A stretch of 64,000 nucleotides of DNA from Octopus vulgaris. Taxonomy: Eukaryota. Within the stretch, counting starts at the first letter, position 1; every line of letters starts with the position of its first letter. The notes beneath the pieces are model-generated. The model saw only the letters and a list, made by a program, of their open reading frames with translations, did not search any database and was not told the origin of the DNA. The stretch is taken from the NCBI GenBank assembly GCA_951406725.2, contig OX597815.1, positions 72,788,001 to 72,852,000 of the forward strand. The letters run 5' to 3'. Positions 1 to 9,750 of the stretch are shown here, piece after piece. Position numbers and translations under genes: made by a program.

Positions 1-52
1 AGTCTTCGCAAGGAATAACAAAGAAAAAATCAGGCACTTTATTAGTTATGAT

Positions 53-340
53 GACAAAGGTTCCAGGCGATCTAACCAATGGAACACTTGTGAAATTAAT
101 GCGCAAGTGGCTGAGCACTCCACAGACATGAGTACTCTTAGTTCTCAGGGAGATTCAGTATGATACAATGTGACAAGGGTTGTACTTTGAAATACAGGTA
201 CTACTCATGTTTGCCAGCTGGGTGGACTGGAGCAGCAAGAAAAAGTGTCTTCATAAAGGACACAACATGCTGCCAGCTATCAAGACCCATGACCTTATGA
301 TCTTGAGCTAAATACTCTAACCACCTAGCCATGCACCTTA
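53..340 (-). mobile_element. tRNA-derived SINE (local family E), decayed
   Basis: Reverse complement begins GGTGCATGGCTAGGTGGTTAGAG (A-box-like). The body is shared with the plus-strand copy at ~33885-34190, and the head with the copies at 9330 and 43245-43537. Confidence 0.7.
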
Positions 341-669
341 ACAGCAAGGAATATAAAGAAGTGTTCACAACAGGAATATAATCTGTTAATCTTTTAGTTA
401 ACAGGCTTGTATTAAATCATTCAGCTAATTCATTTGCTAACCTCACTGAAAGGAAAATGCATCATATTTCAGTGCAATGAGAAATTCATGCCTAAGATGA
501 ATAGGAATATAGAACAGAAGAAAAAGAAATACAGGTATACATATATTAAAACTGTGTACAGATATTTAACATGTCTGCGTACCTCCAAAGAATCACTATG
601 GAAACTGTCTAGGGAAGGGCAATCTCCTTATAGATAATGCACGTGAAAACATACTGTACTTGGCTATGA

Positions 670-770
670 ATGAGGTTATTGGACTGTAGAACATGCGTTT
701 CTGTGTCATTACACTTCATCAGCTACGGGCGTCGAATATGTTATTCGCAGCTCATGAAGAACTTCCGTTG
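670..770 (-). mobile_element. short repeat carrying a minimal hammerhead-like motif (probable Penelope-like pLTR fragment)
   Basis: Minus 726..686 reads GTAG-CTGATGA-A-GTGT-aatg-ACAC-A-GAAAC-gcat-GTT-CTAC. A diverged inverted copy lies at ~1775-1857. Confidence 0.5.
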
Positions 771-850
771 CTGTATTTAAATAACAAAAGAAACAAAACA
801 CACACACACACATTTACTGAAGTAGTCCAGTGCGGTGTGTTTCCGCACAC

Positions 851-1090
851 ATCATCATCATTTAACATCTGTTTACCATGCTGGCATGGGTTGAACGGTT
901 CAACAAGAGCTGGCAAGCTGAAGAGCCACCCTGGGCTCCATGTCTGTTTTGGCAAGGTTTCTATGGTTGGATGCCCTTCCTAACACCAACCACTTTACAG
1001 AGTGTACCGGGTGCTTTTAGGCAGCACCACAATGGGTACTTTTTATGTGGCATCAGCATTCATGTGCTCGCAAGATTAGGGATGCTCAGC
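851..1090 (-). mobile_element. RTE-type LINE 3'-UTR fragment with (ATG)n tail
   Basis: Plus strand CATCATCATTTAAC..CCATGCTGGCATGGGTTG..GGATGCCCTTCCTAAC matches the 3' end of the RTE fragment at 12240-12890. Many further copies occur (e.g. ~7140-7290, 16135-16420, 25585-25790, 28060-28250, 29340-29525). Confidence 0.75.
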
Positions 1091-1179
1091 TAATGAGGGA
1101 TGCAGGGGACATGCCTGTATGCAAAGACAACCACTATATTTTGCCAATAGCTTGGTGATACCTGCGCAGAGGTTTATGC

Positions 1180-1600
1180 AAAGTTTTCAAAGAGTTTTCA
1201 TTGTTCTCAACACAATCAAAGAGATCTTGTGCAATTGAAACCCGAGCGTCTTTTTAGTTAGCTGAAAGCAGTTTAAACACAAACTTAGCAGATATGTCTC
1301 ACACCTAAATCTTCAGTGATAATGGACTGAACTGAACAGTAACTAATCTGCACATCTGCCGATAACTCATGGATGGTGATTCGATGATTTCCCCTCACAG
1401 TTGCATGCATGTCTGCAATGTTTTTCTCAGTTCTGCTGGTTGCAGTTCTCCTAGAACGTTTGTTAATATCGACATTTGATCAGCTATCTTGGAAACACCT
1501 GCACCACTCATACATTTGTGTGTTGCTTATACACTCCTCTCCATACACTTTCTGCAACTTTGTGTAGGCTTCTGAGCAGATATCACCATGACAACTTTGT
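1180..1600 (-). mobile_element. mariner (Tc1/mariner) transposase relic, N-terminal HTH region
   Basis: Hand translation of the minus strand gives KLQKVYGEECISNTQMYEWCRCFQDS*SNVDINKRSRRTATSRTEKNIADMHATVRGNHRITIHELSADVQISYCSVQSIITEDLGVR/SAKFVFKLLS. This fits the mariner pattern YGE..S..QV.EW..RF..G...D..RSGRP..DRR.T.RE....IS..SV..I..EDLG.....A.WVP. It has a stop and a frameshift. Confidence 0.85.
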
Positions 1601-1774
1601 CTGTCATGGTCAGTGCAACAATCACACACTACACACATTGCTTCCAAGCACTGCTGTAAACAGTGAAAGTGAGCTAGAATGTTAAAACTTGGTGTACCTG
1701 TAATTAATTCCAGCTTGACAAAACTTTCTACACATCAGCAAATGATTTATTTTCCTGCTTACATATACGAAAGG

Positions 1775-1857
1775 CAGTTCTTTGTGGCCTATGGACAACA
1801 GATACAGTGTTTGTAGCTGATGATGCAGAGACACATATCCTACAGTTCAATAGTTAT
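1775..1857 (+). mobile_element. second, more decayed copy of the hammerhead-bearing repeat
   Basis: AGTTCTT...TGTAG-CTGATGA-tgca-GAGAC-acat-ATC-CTACA aligns with the reverse complement of 670-770; helix II is deleted. Confidence 0.45.
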
Positions 1858-2029
1858 TCATAGCCCAGAGTGGTATGGCGTGGTTACATGTCCCACCTCC
1901 CGTCACAGTTTCCACAGCGAAAGTCCTTTTATATGTGAGTGCACCCCAAAGTATTAAATATAAATGTACACACTTTAACTTTATTTTAATCCTCACTAGT
2001 GTGCCTTTAATTAATGTACATACATTTAT

Positions 2030-2238
2030 TTAACCCTTTAGTATTCAAGCAGGCCATATCCAGCCCAAATATTCTATTTTCTGTTCAAATCGGCTAGATC
2101 TGGCCCCACTCACCTACACTACAATAGTCACATCATCAAAGTCTCAAAGCTACAAGATAATAACGGATTAATTCAAAACAATGTGAATAAAAAAGAGACA
2201 TTACATTAGACAAAGTAATCTGAATGCTAAAACATTAA
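2030..2238 (+). mobile_element. TTAA-flanked MITE (piggyBac-like non-autonomous element)
   Basis: TTAACCCTTTAG(T/C)ATTCA ... TGAATGCTAAA(GGG)TTAA inverted ends. Homologous copies lie at ~16603-16839 (-), ~25937-26174 (-) and ~27565-27783 (+). Confidence 0.7.
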
Positions 2239-2372
2239 AAGTAATATAACATATTTCATATATAAAAGCTGAATGAAAAACTGAAGTTAAACCCAAGAAG
2301 GGGCAGATGATTTGTTGAATGAAAGAACTGAAGAGTTGAATAAAAAAAAAAAAGCAACAACAGTAATAATAA

Positions 2373-3042
2373 AGGTTTCAAATTTTAGCACAAGGCCAGC
2401 AGTTTCAAAGAGAGCAGGGGGTAAGTCAATTACATCAGCCCCAGTGCTCAACTAGTACTTACTTCATTGACCCTGAAAAGATGAAAGGCGAAGTTGACCA
2501 TAGCAGAATTTGAACTCAGAATGTAAAGATAGACCAAATGTTTAGCAGCAGTTTGTCTGGTGTGCTTAATGATCCTGTCAGTTTGCCATCTTTATAATCA
2601 TAATAATAATGATCTCCATGTACATGCAATTTTATTCATTGAGTTTTATAAATTTCATACAGATATATTTTTTTTATTTTTAAAGACACTCACATCAGGT
2701 TTTTCAATTGCATGGCACCTCACCTGTCTGCATCTTTACATGCAAAAAACTTACTGTCCCTTGATGTCTCTTGTTGAGACTTGGCTGCAGCTCATAAAAT
2801 GAAGCAAAGGCAAAACAGCAACAATAACAACAACAAATAATCTTTTCCATTACAGGCACAAGGTCTGAAATTTTGTAGGAGGGGTCTGGTTGATTACATC
2901 AACTGGTACTCATTTTATCAACCATGTAACGATGAAACACAAAGTCAACCTCAGCAGAATTTGAACTCAGAATGTAAAGACAGGCGAGATGCTGCTAAGC
3001 ATTTTGTCCTGCATGGAAATGATTCTGCCAGCTGGCCACTTT
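2373..3042 (-). mobile_element. two tRNA-derived SINEs (local family A): ~2373-2592 and ~2838-3042
   Basis: Both match the reverse complement of the young copy at 34204 (GAGTTCAAATTC B-box; GACTTTGCCTTTCATCCTTT..GTCGATAA..AAGTACCAGTT central block) and have (AAT)n tails. Confidence 0.85.
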
Positions 3043-3097
3043 AAAACATATGTACATACAATAATAATAATAATAATAATAATTATAAAAATAAATG

Positions 3098-3103
3098 ACT
3101 TAC
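3098..3103 (-). other. 5' splice donor of the Axin coding exon
   Basis: Minus strand reads ACAGG|GTAAGT, a consensus donor exactly where Axin-like coding ends. Confidence 0.9.
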
Positions 3104-4134
3104 CCTGTTATTGTCTCTGTTCTCCATGACGTAGACTCCAGTCGAGAATACCTAAAATTATTACTGGGCGGTTTCATTAATGGTCCGGGAATCACAGAAT
3201 GGGATTGCAAAACTGTACTAGTATTAAGTTCCTGATCTTCAGGTAGAGTAGGAAGTGGCACCGATACAGGGCGCACACTGTTAGAACCACTGGACGAATT
3301 GCTACTACCCTTTGGACTCTTTCCACCTTGCTGTACATACTGAACGTACAGGTCAGATTTCAAAAATAAAGGGTATGTATTGTTCCGAAGATAATTCAAA
3401 ACCTCTTCTTGCACACCGTCGAAAACTGACTGATCTAGCATCAAAGGTTTTTTTAACCGTTCTGTTAATTCTTTTCGCGTTTCCGAGCTAATGAATGGTA
3501 TAGAATCCCCTCGAAGAAACTTCTTGTGTATTACTTTGATGAGGTGAGGGATTTCTCCCGCGGAACGGGCAGGATGCTTTAAACCTTGACACGCAAACCA
3601 GAACTCCAACATAGTTGCAGCACCGGTTTCTTGCGTTAAAAATGTCTGTAAAAGATTCACCCCATCACTGTCATCTAAAAGATTATCAAAGTTTTCTGCC
3701 CACTTCAAATAAGGGGGCGTCGTAGCATCTGTTTCTGCATAGGGGGGAGTGTTGACTGCACTACCCTCCGGTGCATCCATTTCTTTAGTGTCTGGGCAGT
3801 CTGCTGTAGAAATACCTGAGCTGCAATGTGCAGCTTCATTCAGTCGCTGCTGTACATGGTGTGGTGTTCCATAGAACAATGCCAACGACTGTGGTCCAGA
3901 TGCTGTACCAGCAGCTGCTCTGTTCGCCTGGCTACCAGACGTTGAGATGCAGACATTATCTTTGCAGGAGGCGGAGGTACATGGTGCAACACAACAAGGA
4001 CTTGACGTCTTGCAACCGGTACAAGATGATTGCCTGTAATTTTCATTCTCCTTGCCAGGAACTGGTGGACGTGGTAAGTTTTCATGAAACTTCTCATGGG
4101 CCTCACTCACTGTTTGTAAACTCCTTTTGTTCAT
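3104..4134 (-). CDS. axin: Axin (Wnt/beta-catenin destruction-complex scaffold), first coding exon; gene continues left of the window
   Basis: The 344-aa ORF has RPPVPGKE (Axin tankyrase-binding motif RPPVPGEE), then APEGSA..TPPYLKWAENFDNLLDDSDGVNLLQTFL (start of the Axin RGS domain), FWFAC, YPLFLKSDLY (RGS end) and LPTLPED. The ORF 'stop' is the TAA inside the splice donor GG|GTAAGT, so coding ends at 3104 (phase 2). An in-frame TGA at 4158-4156 makes 4134 the first usable ATG in this exon. Confidence 0.96.
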
Positions 4135-4175
4135 CCTTCTGACATAGCTGTGCCTTCATTTATGTATCCAGTTGG

Positions 4176-4196
4176 CTGCAAAAGAAAAAGAAACAA
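4176..4196 (-). other. 3' splice acceptor of the Axin coding exon (exon starts at 4175; 41 nt of 5' UTR)
   Basis: Minus strand reads TTGTTTCTTTTTCTTTTGCAG|CCAAC: a strong polypyrimidine tract plus CAG. This implies upstream non-coding exon(s) further right. Confidence 0.88.
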
Positions 4197-4533
4197 TGAT
4201 AGTAACAAAGAAAATAAATCAGGGCAGCAATCAAGATAATTAGCATTTCATGAAACAATAACAGTGAATTCATACAGATTGTGGTGGCAAATTATTTGGG
4301 CACCTTATGTTTTTCTTACTTGAAAAATCAGGAAGGGCAACTGGCAACAAAACACTGCCTCAAATAACATATTTATCCAACCTATGCAAGCATGGGAAAA
4401 TGGACATAAAGATTGCATTTACTAACATTATAAGAATTGAAATGGCTAAGATTGTAAGAGAAACAAACTGCCAAGACATAAACAGAGATCTTGACAGCAT
4501 CTCTCAGTGGAAGCCATGCCAACCTTTTCTCTT

Positions 4534-4569
<36 letters not shown>

Positions 4570-5242
4570 TCAAACCCTGCTCATATCAGGAAAACATCAC
4601 CACACACTCTCTAAACATAAGCAAGACTTAACTAAAAGCCTTCATAATCATTTATGGCCTCACTAACCAACAAGCTCTTCTGACAAAAGCACAACCATAG
4701 CATAGCAGCACTTCCTAAAGACAACAAACTGATTATAATTGTAATATATAAAACCAAGAGTAAGGCCATAGATAATGACTATGAGAGAAATTTCTTTACA
4801 ATCATTATCACCAGCATGAAACATCATTTTATATCCACTTTTCCATGCTTGCACGAGTCAGACAGAATTTGATGAGGAAGATTTTCTGTGGCTGGATGAC
4901 CTTCCTGTTTCCAAGCAATGCAATATTCTCCCATAGCTAGACATATTTTTCACAGAAGACTGGCAAGAACAACCTAGCTTGTATACTGATGTTTTTTCTA
5001 GACATCAGTATACTTGCTACACAAACATATGCATACCCACACACCCACAAATACATACACACAAACCCTACATATATATACATATATATATCTATAGTCT
5101 TCTTTCAGTTTCCATCTGCCAAATCTACTCAAAGGCATTGTAGGCAACCCAAGGTTTCATAGAAGTTACACTTGTTCAAGGTGCCATCCAGCAGGACTGA
5201 ACCCAACATGGTTGGGAACCACACAACCATCCGCACACACAC

Positions 5243-5283
<41 letters not shown>

Positions 5284-6199
5284 CTTGGTTAGTAGTCCTA
5301 CACTTCAGTGGCTGCCTACTCAACCAATTCAACAACACATTGCTAACTAAACACCAGTTATTTGTTTCCTCATTCCCTACACCTACAAATATGTTCTTCA
5401 CTGAACATATTTACATTATGAGAATTATTTGAAGCAAATAACAACAGAGTAAACATATTAAGAGAGTCTAGCCTATAGATCAAAATTATTTATTTATTCT
5501 CCACTAATGTTGGTCTATTAATTAAAAAAATAAATAAAATAAAGGAAAACGAAATAGACATGCATGCAAAAACATAGGCACATACAACACACACGAAAAG
5601 CAGGTGTGCATACGCAAGCATACCCTGGTCTGTAAAACAAGCAGTATGTACATGTGGATGCTATATACAAATTTTGAACATTAAATTGGTTCCAACATCA
5701 AAGCTTTCAGTTGTTTCTGTGATGCTTGTGAAGGAGCAAATCAAGCGGACAGGCAGTGCGTTTCTTTTGTGGGTTACAGAGTGCATAAAAATGTTTCATC
5801 TTGTTATATATTATCATTTACGTACAAGGCCAGTAGAAAATAGAATTACTATAGGAAGGGAGGGGGAAAGAGAGATCGACAACTATGATAGCTGATGACT
5901 GTCCATATATACACATTATAGGAGAGAGAGGGCTTTTCATGAGCAGTTTTATGTAAGAATTGTTTTTGAAAAAAAAAGGGAAAGAAAGAATAAACTGAAA
6001 ACGAAAACAAAAGTTATATTTAAAATAAGAAAAAAATTGAATTATGAAAAATAAAAAAAACTTGTACGCAATCAAAATTACCAAGTAGAGATAAAATGAA
6101 GAGATGAAGTGAGATATAAAAACGAAATGAAAATTAGATTTGAAAATTCATCCACTAATATTTTTAGTGTCTAGAAAGTGGGAAGGCAGACAACAATGG

Positions 6200-6230
<31 letters not shown>

Positions 6231-6596
6231 GCAGTCCAATAATAAAAAAGCAAAATAACAGAAAACAATGCATTAGATTTATGTTCAGGAAAAATGGAAG
6301 AAGTCTTGTTCGAGCCTATTATACTCTTCTACAGAAAGGATAGATAAGGAGAAAAAGAGTATCAGAATTAAGCACGCACGCACATTTTCTTCTTCTTTTG
6401 GTCAAGTTAGTCCCTAGTTACTTTGAGTTTTGCTTGTGAGAACACAGGGCCTTCAGACAAGTTATGAGAGTTAATGGTCAATCATAACTTGCTCGAAGAC
6501 CTTATGTTTCCACAGGCAAAACTCAGGAAGTAAAATAAAGATATCATCTTTACTATATGGTATCAAGTACTCTTTCTTTCAATAATCAATGGTAGA

Positions 6597-6646
<50 letters not shown>

Positions 6647-8999
6647 CATACACACACTGTAAATTTTGCATTTCATTGGTTTTGTAGTTGCTATTTTGCA
6701 CCAGGCCATCCCTGATTGAGCACACTTATAATCAAAAGCATTCAACCATGATCAGCTTGTCCTTTTCTCTTGGTACTAGGAACTAAAAACCATGTCTTTC
6801 AATGCTTCCTTCTTTTCAAGAGATGCTGCTATTTGCAGGTCATTGATTAAAAAGGGACCAGCCACACAGAAAAAGAATAGGTATATATTCACATACAGAA
6901 AACACATGCATGTGTATGAAGATATAATTATATATAAACCCTACACTTTGAAAGCTGTATTCCTTTATTCTTAATATTTGGTAGTTACATATTGGATGGA
7001 CAACTGGATATAGGGCGAACTACTTAGAGGACGATCTCATAATGCTAGACCTTACAAAGTAGATGACAGAGGACTGAGATATATGGTGCATTGCTGTACT
7101 TGAGAAGACCCACCCACCATAACAGCAGTGACATCTTAAAACCAAAGTGCCACATAAAAAGCACCCAGTACACGGTGGAGTGGATGGTATTAGGAAGGGT
7201 ACCCAGCCAAAACAGATGATGGAACCTCATGCAGTTCCTGGCCTTGCCAGCTCCAGTCAAGCCATCCATGCCAGCATGGAAAATGTTAAATGTTGAATAT
7301 TTCTGTTGACATACATTTATCAACATTGTGTTAATGTCCACTTTTCCAAGCTTGCCTGGGTCCAGATTTTCTTATAACCAGATGCTCTTCCTATTGCCAA
7401 CCCTCACCTGTTTCCTTGCAAGGTAATTAATCTGGTTGTCTATTGAACACTGAATAGCTCTGATATGATTATGCAGTAAATGGGAAACAAACAACACCAT
7501 GTGAATAAACCTTTTGTAAAATTAAAAGACTGTGCAACAAGCTGAAACATGTCAAGAAAGCCGGACATGCTTTTATGGTTGACTGCAAGTAAAGGACATT
7601 GCCTCTATTAACAGTAAGGCCTTGTTTACAGTTAATGGGCACACATGGAGATGAGAAAAAAACAACTCATTCACGCAAGCACACAAAAATATATAGATAC
7701 AAGTATACACAAATATATTCCCATACACAGCATATTAAGATTCAAGTGAATAAGGCACTGGGTTGGTCAAAAATTAAAATACATGCACAGCAACTATAGA
7801 CAAGTACAAACATCGGTACTGAATGATAAAACATATCCATTAATCAATTAAAAAATTTGTTGGAAACAGCTGTAACGAATTGACACCTCTCCATCATTTG
7901 TTATTTTTATACACACACACACACATATATATATAAAGCATACACACACAGGCATGTGCACACGCACACAAACATACATGCACAAGAGATTGGTCAACCT
8001 ATTATGTTGAGAAATTGGTAGACAACATTCACACAGTGAAACCAAACCCCCTAATGTTCTTAACCAGGCCTGCTTCTATTGTGCATCTATCATAGGCAGG
8101 GCTGCATCTAATGTGCTTCAATTAATTTTGAAAATTATGAAGAATTTAGTAAAACAACTTATTATTAAGCTGGTGTTTGAAACATAAATTAACACAGAAC
8201 TGATAGAAGCTTTGATTTAGATTGTTTTAAAACAGGAAGGTCTTTCATCAAAGAACCAGAGACAGTCTCAGGTGGCTTGGTACCAAAAAGGTTAAACAAA
8301 AACCATCATGGATGATGAACATTAAATTATCATGAAAATTTCAGTCATCATCATGAAATATAAATCCTCCTCGTCAATGAGATTCTTTCATTTGTGTTTC
8401 ATTCCAAATTTGTATATTTTATGTGATGTTCTAAAAAATATATGCAACATATATACACACACGTACCCATGTATACACATAGCTTTGAGGGATTTAGAGA
8501 CAATATGGAAAAGGAAGATATGGAAGTTGAAAAATTCCTTTAATAACAGTCAAGAACTATTTGAACACATGATAGGAAGGAATAAGAACTGAATGATACA
8601 AACTATGTTTGTGGCTGGTACAAGGTTCCATCCAGATGGACGGTAATATAGGGGTGGTAAAACCCTCCAGACAGTGCTATAGAAGCTAACAGAGGTTAAA
8701 AAAGATTGAAAGAAAAGGGATCCAACCATAGAAATCATGCCAAAATGGAATGCATGAGTGAAGAGTTATGGGCCTCCAACCTGTCTAATAGTGTTGGTAA
8801 TCCAAATGAGAAATGACTCAGATCTTGACTATAAACACATGTCCGCAAGGAAAACAAATGTGATGCAGTTTGGCTTTGCATTAGCAAGAGGTACGATGAA
8901 TTCTTCAAGTAGAGGAAATGTTAGGAGAATTACATAGCTTGGAGTAAGCTACTACACCTAGTATATGTTGACTCGGAGAAGGTTCAGTAACGTGGTACT

Positions 9000-9750
9000 T
9001 GCAAAGAAAACTAGAGCTAGATGAGTGATTTGAGGGCCATGCACATCATATACAGGAGATACAGTCAGCAACGTGAAAAGTTAGCAATTAGTAGCAATAA
9101 TGAATTCAGCATTTAGCATTGAGTTTACCATGTTCTTAAAGCTGAACTGGCAATAGATTTAGAAAAATTCCAGGCACTTAGTTAAAAATCTAGAATCAGT
9201 AAGGTCCATGACTTCCATATACTGTAAACAACTGCTGCATAAGAGGTGTTGCGAGATCACAGGGAGGTAGAGAAAAGGACAACTTCATATGTAGTAGACT
9301 GTCATAATGCTGTTAAGCACCAAGATGAAGGCACATGGCTAAGTGGTTAGAGCATTGAGTTTACGATCATGAGGTTGTGAGTTCGAATCCCGGACTGGGC
9401 TGCGTGTTGTGTTCTTGAGTTAGACACTTTATTTCACATTGCTCCAGTTCACTCAGCTGTAGAAATGAGCTGCGACGTCACAGGTGCCAAGCTGTATCGG
9501 CTGTTGCCTTCCCCTAGGATTACACTGGTGGCACGGAGAGGGGAGGCTGGTATGCATGGGCAACTACTGGTCTTTCATAAACAACCTTGCCTGGACTTGT
9601 ACCTGGGAGGGTAACTTTCTAGGTGCACTCCTACGGTCAGTCATGACCCAAGGGGGTCTCAGCAGGCACCAAGAAGGGACATGAAAGATATTCTCAGATG
9701 TCTGGATAGCAGCTTAGAAGTAGTCGATGACTTTTGTCACCTAGGTACGT
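9000..9750 (+). mobile_element. decayed RTE-like RT fragment interrupted by a SINE
   Basis: After the SINE, the plus strand reads SLEVVDDFCHLG (RTE-type LEVV..F.YLG). Weaker RT-like residues precede it. Confidence 0.45.
9330..9660 (+). mobile_element. full-length tRNA-derived SINE (family E head) with candidate target-site duplication
   Basis: A-box TGGCTAAGTGG and B-box GAGTTCGAATCC. GCACCAAGA occurs at 9317-9325 and 9666-9674. A homologous inverted copy lies at ~43245-43537. Confidence 0.85.

Noticed and set aside
3100-3103. Stop codon making Axin a truncated 344-aa protein or pseudogene
   Set aside because: The TAA lies within the GTAAGT donor, so the GSK3-, beta-catenin-binding and DIX regions are expected in downstream exons outside the window. 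None was recognised in 1-3097.
3828-4142. Antisense and alternate-frame ORFs overlapping Axin
   Set aside because: Short shadows of the real CDS with no recognisable motifs.
9330-9410. tRNA gene (also tRNA-like fragments near 34204, 58010-58060 and 63740-63805)
   Set aside because: The A/B boxes at 9330 and 34204 belong to SINE heads that continue into SINE bodies. No complete cloverleaf could be built at any of these sites.
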